DNA from: Tubulanus polymorphus
Taxonomy: Eukaryota; Animalia; Nemertea
Reading direction: 5' to 3'
Length of the DNA: 64,000 bases
NCBI RefSeq assembly: GCF_964204645.1
Contig: NC_134027.1
Coordinates: 15,160,485-15,224,484 of the forward strand
Positions 1-11,224 of the stretch are shown here, in pieces. The position numbers and the translations under genes are program-made. A model generated the notes under the pieces. The model worked only from the letters and a program-made list of their open reading frames with translations, did not search any database and was not told the origin of the DNA. Position 1 is the first letter of the stretch. Each line of letters starts with the position of its first letter.

Positions 1-2586
1 GCGGCAATGTAACCTTCCTTGCATTTGATCATTCAGATCTGTTCTACCCATTATAGCATTTTACTGGACAATGGACAATTTACATCTACCCTCCTATGTT
101 TCTCTAAATTGTATCGTGGGACTTACGTATTAGGCAAGCTGATTGATGTTGACGCGACAAAATGTATTGGTTTCTTATCATACCATGCAAGCGCAGCACA
201 TTTGCCATTGTAAAGAATTTCAGAGGCCCCATGCTATGGCGTTTGTTACTTTTTAGCCCACTCGAGACTTTTGTCCCAGCGGGCTATTGCAATCACTTCA
301 TCAGTCCTTATACTGTCAGATTCAAGATGGCAGACTTGTAGCTATTTTTGTTCACTAAAATAACAGTTTATAATAGTTTAATAGTTATTATAGTTTCAAT
401 TGAAAATCTGAAGACGCCTCAATCAATTATATTAATCTTTCACATATGTTTGTATCCCCCAATGGTGCATCAGCATGAGAAAAATCTGGTTGATCGGACA
501 TAAGATGGCCGTCGTGTGACTTCGTTCGCGCCCAGAAAGTTCAGTTTTTCCTTGAATTATTAGACCTCGAGCATCCAAATGGTTTGCCATTTTCATTGAA
601 ATTCGTGATGGGTATTCCACGGGATGGGATCTTGAACATATCAGATAGATCTTTCATCAGTCAACTGGACGCGATTGCAGCCATCTTAGTGTCATCAGTT
701 CTCATTTGTAGATGGTTTTTTGAGGAATATATTGACAGGTTTTAACTTGATAGTGATGGTATTTTTCTACGGGGACTGCAAGCAATCATAAAACCCTAAA
801 CTTACCTCCAGCTACCTGCATAACGTACATCTCATGTAAGTTTCATGTAAATCTGTCAAGCGATGTTTGTATACTAGCAGTCTGTCTGTTATATAGTATG
901 CACGCTCACATTCGCACGTGCGCACGTGCACGCTCACACACACACACACCATGCTGTGGGAGTAAGACACGTAATACAGATACTCTTTGAATGTCCCTCT
1001 AATTTTGATGTTTAAGGGCCTGTAGTGGGGGTCTGATCAATATTATGCGCTGTATTTGTCAATGCAACAAAGTACTTTTAATAGTGTTCCTACTGAGGCA
1101 TTTTAGCTCGGCGGCCCGCCATGTTACGGCACTTTACCACCACTTAAATAGAAGATAGGCATATGCCATGTTACAAAAAAATGATTGGGAGTTTATTTAC
1201 CTATCTGGCTTTCTAAGACTGTCAGGTCCACATGCTCAATTTTATAACTGGCACATCAAAACACTGACTTCATAGCTACATGTCACTTAGTCAAGATTCT
1301 GTACATCAATAATTGTATAGTTTTGGGCAAGCGCATGTTGAACTACTGGTGGTATTAATATCCAGGGATTTCCCTGTGTGTTAGAAAAATTAATTCCAAC
1401 ACAAAAGGTCACACTGCTACGCTCAGCGCACACTGAACAGACTAACCAGCGGCCTCAAACTTTTCTAGTCTCTTATCGATATGAAAAACTTAATCATCGT
1501 AACTTATCAACGTCACCAAAATATTTTGCAAATCGAAATTAATAAATACTAAGTTTTAATGATAAAATTAGATTATATTAATAGATATGAGAACATGGAC
1601 CTATTTGATGCGCGTAAGCCTACCAATATACAGCAGAGGAGTGCCTCAAGCAAACTGCTGATGATCGCTGCTACATAAGAATCTGAACTAGTTGATTATG
1701 GCCCCCAAATGCTTGGAAACTCATCTGAGAATCTAGATATATAAAATTTGTCTGGGGGGATGCCTGGTTGGGCTTGCGCTTTCGGCGCTCTTTTTCTGAG
1801 CACCGCCATGCTTTAATTTTGACCCAGCGAGGATGTTGCACTTGGAAAAGTGCACAGAAGCGTACCAAGCACTAAATCACAATAGGTTTTCGAAAGCAGA
1901 GGAGACCCTGATAAAATATGTATGTGTAATAGAGAACAAGATTTAAGAATGTCGTCCTTGATAGTACGGATAAAAAATGCACTGTGGACCCCTAGTTAAT
2001 AGTTGCACTTCGAAGGGTCTGGTGCGATTTGAGTTCCCTGTATCATGATACAGGTCGATTGAGTCGACATTCCTTATGATTCATTCTTATGGATCACAAA
2101 TGCCAGTACATTTAAAAAGAAATAGGGGTCCAGGGACACCACACCAACTTTGGAAGTGGTTTGAAATGCTTAATAATCAGAAAATATAGATATTCAATGC
2201 CCCTGGTGAACATATGAAAGAAATGACTTCGAAACTCGCCACAATCATAGAAAATGAAAAACTCAAGAAAATACTGACAATTCAAAAATTTGTGCTGACA
2301 ACATATTTCTGGGTTTGGCAGGTCTGTCGGCCTCAGTTGCTTGGAATCAGAGCGCTGTCACCATTAGCTGGGCTGCGAATTCGAATGCTCTCAGAATTTA
2401 GGGCAAAAGCGCATTTTTAGGTACAAAAAAGGTCATGGGACGACAACCTTGTGTCTGGTTCACCCAATTTTTCTGATGCTGATGCACCATAGCGTAGGTG
2501 GATACAAGTAAGATCAAGATAATTGATTAAAGCCTCTTAAAAATATTCATCAACATATTCTTTTTTTTGTAGACATCCCCACAAAT

Positions 2587-4062
2587 ATGAGAAGAGTAAG
2601 TTTCAAAGGTCTGCGCCTTTCCTTTAAATCAAGGGATGGTCAGAAGAAAAGTTCGGTCTCGGATGAAGAAAATGAAAGAGTCCAACCGACCAGTTTTGAT
2701 AAAGTAGATAGTGCGGCAGGTCAGCTAATGCATGTCGACTGCAGTCACGAAAGAAACTTACTAGTGGCACAAAGTGAATCCAATTATGTGACGAATAGTG
2801 AAATTCAGCTTCCTCAGCGTAAGGAGAAGCAAAGCATATTAAAAACAATTCGAAGCAGGATTACCGCAAGTTTTCACAAAAAACACACAAATCAAGACGA
2901 AAGTGTGAATTTTAGAACTAATAGGAGTAAGAAAAAGGGGAAAAAGAAATACAAACCCAAAAGATTTCCAAGATGCTCTCTAGGAATACAGCATCTGGAA
3001 AAGCCTTCAAATACATCAGACGAATTGTGCTCAGAGATTTCAGTTCATGCTTCATCAAATTCAAAGAATTCATTGAATATTGCATCAGATAAGAGAGAGA
3101 CACATTCCTCATGCAGCAGTGATAGCTGCGAACATGAAGCTACTGATGCAAGGTGCTCAAATGTATCCGTTAATATTCATTCGGGTGACAAACGACTTGC
3201 CAGTGCTAAAAACCTGACTAATACATCGCCATCAGTGTCTGCATTACGTAAAGTTGATTATTCTAGTCCTGCGGGAGTTGTACTTTGTTCCAGTTCTCTG
3301 CATTCTGGAACATCGCTGATAAAGAATTCTGAAACTATGGCATCCTGTCCTTCTGATGCAGAACCAAGTCAGTCTGATACGCATGCCCCATCTAGGCCCG
3401 ATATGCTTATGGTCAACAATATCTTTTCACCACAAACTCTTAACTCATTTTCCCTATTTAATTTAATGGCATTTCGTACTGATAATATACTGATGATGGA
3501 ACGTTATGATGCATCATTACAGTCTCCAGTTTATGATGAAGTTAGGGATGTGCCTAAAATCTGGAGTCTTACGAAGGAACTATTGAAACTTTCACGATTT
3601 GGTTGGTATTGGGGACCTCTAACAAGAGTTGAAGCTGAAGAAAAACTATCGCTACAGCCTAATGGAGCATTTTTAGTTCGTGACAGCTCTGATGATCGAT
3701 ACCTGCTGAGCTTGAGCTTCCGCTCAAATGAACGCACACTTCACACTCGAATTGAACATTGTAATGGGATGTTCAGTTTCTATGCACAGCCAGAGTTAGA
3801 GGGGTATACTTCCATTGTTGATTTGATTGAACATTCTATGAATGATTCTCTTTCTGGGGTTTTCTGTTACTCGCGTGCTCGTACACCCGGTGAGCCATCA
3901 TTCCCAGTTAGGTTGACTAAACCTGTGTCTCGGTTTACCCAGGTACGCTCTCTTCAGTACCTATGCAGATTTGTTATTCGTCAGTTCACAAGGTTGGACC
4001 ATATACAAAAACTACCTTTGCCCAATCAGATCAAAGGATGGCTGGAGGAAAACCAATATTAG
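2587..4062 (+). CDS. SOCS6: Suppressor of cytokine signaling 6-like (SH2 + SOCS box), single coding exon
   Basis: 491-aa ORF with a low-complexity N-terminus. It has an SH2 domain (GWYWGPLTRVEAEEKL...GAFLVRDSSDDRYLLSLSFRS...TLHTRIEH...SIVDLIEHS) and a SOCS box (VRSLQYLCRFVIRQFTRLDHIQKLPLP), matching SOCS6-type motifs. A polypyrimidine tract plus AG acceptor (ttttttttgtag, ~2561-2572) lies just upstream of the ATG, implying a non-coding upstream exon. Confidence 0.93.
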   Translation: MRRVSFKGLRLSFKSRDGQKKSSVSDEENERVQPTSFDKVDSAAGQLMHVDCSHERNLLVAQSESNYVTNSEIQLPQRKEKQSILKTIRSRITASFHKKHTNQDESVNFRTNRSKKKGKKKYKPKRFPRCSLGIQHLEKPSNTSDELCSEISVHASSNSKNSLNIASDKRETHSSCSSDSCEHEATDARCSNVSVNIHSGDKRLASAKNLTNTSPSVSALRKVDYSSPAGVVLCSSSLHSGTSLIKNSETMASCPSDAEPSQSDTHAPSRPDMLMVNNIFSPQTLNSFSLFNLMAFRTDNILMMERYDASLQSPVYDEVRDVPKIWSLTKELLKLSRFGWYWGPLTRVEAEEKLSLQPNGAFLVRDSSDDRYLLSLSFRSNERTLHTRIEHCNGMFSFYAQPELEGYTSIVDLIEHSMNDSLSGVFCYSRARTPGEPSFPVRLTKPVSRFTQVRSLQYLCRFVIRQFTRLDHIQKLPLPNQIKGWLEENQY

Positions 4063-5820
4063 ATGTATAAAGACGTTTTAATGTTTACACCGTCCCTTCA
4101 CTGCGATTTTGATACTATCAACTATGATTTTGCTTAAATGTAAAGACTAAAAAGTCCAATGGTTAACGTATGGACTCGTATGGTAGTAAAATGAGCGATT
4201 GCTGATATTTATATGGAATATAGACTTAATTTATTGTTCATTTTTTGGATGAAGATCTGAATTTGTTTTGAAATATGGCATTATAAAGGGGCCATCCATA
4301 GAATAAGAACTTCGTTGTGTTGACAGTTTGCAAAATTGATTTTAGTACTGTATGTTGATTATTTTAGTTTATTTCAGCAGATCTTTAATGGAGTAGGCCT
4401 GTTTTTAATTACATGGAGTACAGATTTTTTTCGTGAAGAATGGAGGAGTGAATGAAAAATATTAACATTAAAATTCTTTTATTGTTCTTAACCATTATTC
4501 TAAAATTCTTCTGGTGTTTTCCTCATTAGATTTTGGAAGGCCTGCAGCAAAAATTAAATTAAGGCCGAAAATTGTGTTCAATTGGATTCAAATGATGAGT
4601 GAAACATAGGAAACTGACTCTTTGCCAATCATCAGATCAAAAATTAACAAGGAAATATCAAGAAGAGAACGATTTTATTTGATTTTCTTACAGAAACAAT
4701 TAACCTATGGGACCATTCATAAAGTACATTTGCAATTCAGATAGGACTTTGACGTGAAACCATATATCTGAGTTTATAGCTTGGTAGGTGTTCAAACTCG
4801 GCGTACATAGGCCTAATTAATGAACCAGAATGCATCAAGCTTTTATTATATTTAGCCTTATGTTTATTTGCCCGGGCCAACTTCAAAGATCTTGTTTACC
4901 AGCCTTTATTTTTAACCCTTTCAGTACTGGCCATTTTACATGGTATATCGCATTTTCCGGCTAATAAGCCAAATTTCTAGCCTCATATTTTTACCCCAAA
5001 ATATCAATCATAGGCTTATTGGACGGATACAATCTGACCTAAATAAATACTTTCCAAACTATGTCACTTTGATGCTCCCGAAGATCATCAAAATGAATAA
5101 GAGTGTTCCATATTTATTTGAGGTCATTATTTACTACCAATTATCTATTTAGAACTATTTTGTAACCTTGTTTCTTTCATCACCTCACAGCTGCAATCTA
5201 ATACTACTGCAGCGCTAGACATTTGTATATTCGCGCATCAACTGTCAGCTGCGTGTGTGCGAATTTAGGTTATAATATATGCCTCTGTGTGTTAGTAATC
5301 ACCTGAGCGAGTGTATATATAGCAGTGACTCGGCAATGATAGTATACACAGCACTCTCACACATCGACAGGCATGAATTGTCAGCCTCATTCATTGTGAA
5401 TTAAGACAAACTAAGACAAATCAGTGAATTAATATCTGATTAAAGGCCTCGGCTTATTGGGCGAAGCATTAAGAAATCCATGTTTCTTAGGCTAAAAGAT
5501 CGCCGGAAAATACTGAGATGATTTTTGGGTGAAACTAGTGTCTCCAGTTAACTAAGCAATTCTCAGAAATCACTCAACCTAAAGAAACAAACTATACACC
5601 AAATTTGAAATATGAATCAGGCTACATTTCAAAATCATTTTCCTTGGTCATGTGACCAATGTTAGCCATCTTCGATTCGAAACTACCATGAAAATTCATG
5701 GAATCGAAGCCTGGATAAATAGTAATCCTCAAACACTTGACTTAACTACACTTGACGAGAGAAATCCCACAATAACAAAGCCAAAATTGAAAAATTCTAT
5801 ATCAGAATGATTGTATTTGA

Positions 5821-5863
5821 GGAGCAACGTTTCGGCTAACTACTGTTAGCCATCATCAGGCGT
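5821..5863 (-). ncRNA. Minimal type I hammerhead ribozyme motif (PLE-associated)
   Basis: The minus strand reads CUGAUGA-U-GGCUAAC-AGUA-GUUAGCC-GAAA-CGUU: intact core boxes, a perfect 7-bp stem II and a palindromic AACGUU stem III. Stem I is weak. Confidence 0.7.
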
Positions 5864-6171
5864 ACTGGGAACAAAATCAAACATCAGGATATTTATACAA
5901 AAATATGACAAATGATTACGATTAAAGGATTAAGATTGAAGTAATTAGATAACAAAAACCGGAACACTAAGGAAGAAAACAAAGAAGGCAAACGACAAAC
6001 TAAGGGGATGTAGATTAAAGTAATCTAAAAACAAAGCCCAGAGGGATCAAAGGCAGACAAACTAAGGGGTAATCGGACAAAAAAAAGGCAAGAACATCAA
6101 AGGGACAATCAAGAAGTGAGTGAGGGAGTGAGTGAGTAGAAGTGTCAAACGGAGAAAACAAGCTAACGGGA

Positions 6172-6513
6172 TTAGAATAATGGGGGTACAAGTGAAGCGA
6201 GAAATTTAGAGATCAAAATATTGTGAGGAGAAAAACCGTTATTCAAATTAACACATTTATCCAAATTTTCAATAATAAGGGCAGATACCATGTGACGTTT
6301 GGTTTTATCGGGACAGGGAAAGATTATAGCGGCATTATCAAAATCAAAAATGTGACTAGTTTCATTAACGTGATTAGCTGCTCCACTCTCGGGTTTGAAA
6401 TTGTTTACACCATTTTTATGTTCTCTGAGGCGCTTGCTCAAATCACGCCCAGTTTCACCAATAGGGCCTATATATTTTATTACAAACTTTACAAGGTATT
6501 TTGTATACACCAA
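6172..6513 (-). pseudogene. Inverted duplicate of the PLE GIY-YIG endonuclease domain
   Basis: IGETGRDLSKRLREHK...; near-identical to ORF 8487..8852 on the opposite strand. Confidence 0.85.
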
Positions 6514-6920
6514 TGTTCAAAGGTTCCGTTTTGCAGGAATTGTGAGTTAAGTTATGACAGTTTATTATTGTAAGTGAAAACGAGCGGTTTGTTAAGGAGA
6601 TGAAGGAGTTTTTTGATTTTTCCAAAAAAGGAACAAAAGGTATGACGATGAGCTTTATTCAAAAGGTCGTTAGGATAAGCTAACTTACAACAGCCATCAG
6701 TGAAGCCAAAGACGACTGCGATTATCATTTCTTCAGATCGCGGCAGGCTTATAATTATCTTAGATCACATCTTCCAGACCCGCATCTATTCCATTTACTC
6801 AAAAATGTCACAGACTCTGGTAACCGTAATTTTTCTGGAAATTCTAGCAAACTCAGCTCGAAGTTACATCAACTCATCGGTGCTAGTCCTTGGACTAAGT
6901 ATAGTAACACTGACATCATC

Positions 6921-8790
6921 GTGAGTCTCTCCCCAGCTACGCTCTCAACATATCAACTTCAACTTCTTGGATTCGGTTTGAATTTCAATTTCTCTCTACC
7001 CCAACGTAAGTCGAATATTCTGGATTTTATGTCGGATTTAGAACTTCGCAAAAACTCGTCGTCAAATTTGGACTATAGTTTTTTGTTTATGAACTTACAA
7101 ACTATCTGTGATAACCTTCGGAATAACTATTCTGAATTCTTACCTCGCCGTTTTAGGATTGCCCTCGCTGAAAAATTGGACTCGTATTCGTATTTCTAAA
7201 GTCGATAAAGGTGGTAAAATTGTTCTGTTAGATATCTGTGACTACAATCGAAAAATGTTCTCCCTTCTCGGTGATTCCAATGTATACAAACCATTAAAAT
7301 CCAATCCTCTCTCTCGGATGCAAGCTTCATTCAACACGAATCTTTCTGATAATATTAAATGTTTCCCGGATTCTAAATTCCATTCTCGCCTTCCGTCTCT
7401 CCCATATATTTACGGGCTGCCTAAAATTCACAAGCAAGATGTTCCCCTGTGCCCTATCGTATCTAACTGCAACTCTCCCTCTTATCGCTTATCCAAATTT
7501 CTGGCAAAAAATTATCCCCGGTTCTTTGTTCCTTTTCCCCCTCGAACTTACGGCACAACAAAGATTTACTCGAACGTTTCAGAAACATTATTCCTGGTAA
7601 TGATAAATTCATCTCGTTCGACGCTAGCTCTCTGTTTACCAATGTCCCCCTCGCGCCTACCTTGGATTTTCTCAAACGTAAACTACCCTTGTTAGACTTC
7701 AATTTTGATATTCCTACTGATTGTATCATTGAATTAATTGAAATTTGCACTCAGAACTCCTTTTTCAGTTTTAAAAATTCATATTTTGAACAGGTCTTTG
7801 GCATGTCCATGGGGAACCCCCTTAGCCCCATTTTATTTCTCGAACATGTTGAAAATGAATTATTACCTCTCTACACTAGCACTCCCCCTTTGGTTACGAT
7901 ATGTTGATGACATTCATGCGCTTATTCCTTGTGATTTTGATATTGATTTATTTCTCTCATTCATTAACTCTTTTTACCCCTCGTTGAACTTCACATTTGA
8001 ATTGGAAGTTGATGGAAAAATAGCATTTTTAGATGTGTGCATTCATGATTATCTGTCATGTTTGAAATTCTCAGTTTATAGGAAACCCACTCAGAAACCC
8101 ACTCATTCTGGATCCTACTTGCATTTTTTTCCTTTGCCACTTATAGCATAAAACTAGGGGTTGCTCAGGGATTATTTCTTCGTGCTTTTACGATTTGTGA
8201 CCCCCTTTTTCTCGATGATGAACTCACCCAGATCAGGAATTCCCTTAATATGTTAGCTTATCCTAACGACCTTTTGAATAAAGCTCTTTTTCGAGCCCGT
8301 CGCACCCATTTTTGTAATTCCCGAGTTTCGCGCCCTCAGAAACAGCCCATCGTTGTACCTTTTGTTCCTTTTTTGGAAAAATCAAAAACCCCCTTCATCT
8401 CCTTAACATACAACTCGTTTTCACTTACAATAATAAACTTAGTCATAACTTAACTCACAATTCCTGCAAAACGGAACCTTTGAACATTGGTGTATACAAA
8501 ATTCCTTGTAAAGTATGTAATAAAATATATAAGCCCTATTGGTGAAACTGGGCGTGATTGGAACAAGCGCCTCAGGGAACATAAAAATGACGTAAAAAAT
8601 TTCAAACCCGAGAGTGGAGTAGCTAATCACGTTTATGAAACTAGTCACATTTTTGATTTTGATAATGCCGCTATAATCTTTCCCTGTCCCGATAAAACCA
8701 AACGTCACATGGAATCTGCCCTTATTATTGAAAATTTGTATAAATGTGTTAATTTGAATAACGGTTTTTCTCCTCACAATATTTTGATCT
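6921..8790 (+). pseudogene. PLE reverse transcriptase + GIY-YIG endonuclease, frameshifted
   Basis: Motifs spread across frames: KVDKGGKIVLLD, YGLPKIHK..VPLCPIVS, GMSMGNPLSPIL, WLRYVDD, IAFLDV, VYRKPTHSGSYLHF, and the endonuclease motif IGETGRDWNKRLREH. Confidence 0.88.
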
Positions 8791-11224
8791 CATGTTTTCA
8801 GGCACTATTTCCTGATGGTGTGCCTCAAACATTTGTTTCCTTTGGATCCTGAAATGTGTTTCGAATATTCAATCGTACACATTGAGTATTTTCTGGAAAG
8901 GACAAAAAATTGGGATAGAATAGAATACATATATAAGTACTGAATAAGGTATGTTGAAAATTAAAGGCGAAACAAATTGAAGAAAAGTATGAATATTATA
9001 AGACCCTTTAGAATTTTCTTGCCTTGAAGGACTTTCATAGATTATGCCGGAACATAATCATTTGCCGATACATCTTTTTACGGTAAATTGGCAAAATGGG
9101 GCAGGAATGTACCCCTTTCTGGTAAAGTTTGTGCGTTTATGAAAATCTTGGCTACGGGCGCGTTGAGAAAGGCCAGAATTAAAAAAACTTAAAATGCAAA
9201 TGGCATCATATTGTAGTCCGGTTGCTTAGAAAAAACAACAAAAATTGTTGAAAATGACTGTTACTGTGCTTTGGGTTTTATTCCTATAATGTGCCCTTTT
9301 TCTTTGGTGAGGCAGCCAAAATTGGACCTTGAATCTGCCCCTGGATTATTGGCTCTAGTTTGTTCTATTATCCATCAGGATATGTTAGTCATGTACATGA
9401 TAAAGTTTCTTTGGTGCTATAATATTTTCAATTTAAACCATATACCGGTACAATTGAGGTTTTTGGGAATGAAATGTTAAGATTGTACAAATGACCCAGT
9501 GCACATGCGAATCCAATTCTTGCAAAAGTTCAGGTTCATCCAGCCAGGGTCTATCAAGTCCATCGGGGGTGGATATGGGGGCAATAGAGGCCTTTGACTT
9601 GGATGCATTATCCACGAAATGGCCGTTCTTTCCTTATAACCTGGGCCTTCCAATTTTCCTAGCTGTGCCTCTGTATATACCGGCGCCCTAGCCATTGAAT
9701 ATGAGTGAACATATTTTAGAAAATATTTACATTAAAGAACTTAACTAATTTCAGACCTAGAATGTACAACCATTTTGTAGATGGGAACCTGAATCTTAGA
9801 TTATTTTTTTGTATTACTTATGTGTTACTAGTCAGATCCTGTTTAACACAATACATGTACATAAACCATTTGTCATACTGTCTTCTTTGAACTGTAGTTT
9901 TGAACCTATTGGTGTCAGATAATTTGCATCGCATGCCATGTCTGGTCATTTGAGCCTTGTTGGTTGGGGGCTTGCACAGTGGAATATCATTAATACGAGA
10001 CAGCCTATTACAAAACTCTGATTTTCAAACTGTTTTTGATGATTTTCGTATGTCCCGGCAAAATGTAGTGCAAGTTACTAGTAGAAGATGAGTTTAATAC
10101 AAACACGATGATCAATACGATTGCTGTTCGAGAGGATCACCATTTACCGGACATAATACATATGTAGAATAACAATAACATTTGACATTGTGTCGAAGAT
10201 TTTTATAGATCAACGAATGAATTTGAAAAAAATGTTATTTCGTTTTATGTCTTAATTTTCATTATTCAGAATTGTGTACTTATAGGGCCCCATCAAGCCG
10301 AGAACATGGGGGCGTGCTAGGCAAATATTTGTGGGAAATTTACTTTGGATTGCATGTTACAAATTTTAGTTGATACACATGGTTTTCTATTGCCCCAATT
10401 ATTTTTATTTTTATCAACGAAGCTCAACCGTGTATGCATGATACATTGAGGATTCCACTAGTGCCAGACGAGGCGCTTTATGAAGGCAACTCAGTGTTCC
10501 GTATTCAATTTCTTCTACATTTTAGATAAAAATGAATTTTTTTCTTGGATAAATCAATAATAATCATTATTTGACGTCATGCCAATGCTAGTAAAATGGA
10601 TTTAAAATAGCAGTTAGAAAAAATAGCGCCGGCTCTTCTCATTTTCATAGTAACTTCAAACCATAAATTTATGTACACCCGGTATATGTAACCCACACTT
10701 GCCAGATGTTATTGGCTACCGTGTGGTCGGTCCTCCAAATCCAATTACCTTAATCCCCGATACCAATAACAAAATACAAAACGCAAACACTGGAATAAAA
10801 TATACAATATATTCACAGTTTATTATCAATCAGGAAAATATTTTAATCATCAAATTATTAGATAGAGAAAATTAAGATCAAATTACTCAACTACGCCAAA
10901 TTACTAAAATCAATCAATGACTTCAAATAATTAAAATTAACCAATGCATATGAAATCTATTCATTAGACAAAATCTAAAACAAATAAAATGATACAATGA
11001 ATCCACGAATCTCTTGACGAACCTTCCTTGCTGCTGACGATCTTCCAAGGTTATAATTCAAATAATTCCATGACGCAAAGATATACACACGGACACAGAG
11101 ACACAGAAACACAGTCAGTAAGTCAAGTTTTGCAAAACACTAAACAAATTTTCACGTTGAATAATACATGTACCGCTTCGAACGTACGCAAAATTACAAC
11201 CGCTCCCGCAGTCCACCTGAATTC

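Larger units (their letters stand above)
5760..8790. mobile_element. Penelope-like retroelement (PLE), degenerate, with inverted head-to-head 3' copy
   Basis: Plus-strand RT plus GIY-YIG remnants at 6900-8790. Segment ~6210-6685 is the reverse complement of ~8252-8790 (with a small internal deletion) and continues leftward into a pyrimidine-rich 3' region carrying a hammerhead motif. Confidence 0.88.

Noticed and set aside
2624-3737. Antisense ORFs overlapping SOCS6
   Set aside because: Short shadow frames of the real CDS without independent features.
4945-5515. Possible Tc1/pogo-type MITE (cgcattttccggc ... gccggaaaatac)
   Set aside because: The TIR match is short and degenerate with no clear TSD; not enough to call.
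10687-11220. Possible LTR starting tgtaac
   Set aside because: No second LTR, PBS/PPT, TSD or gag/pol found.
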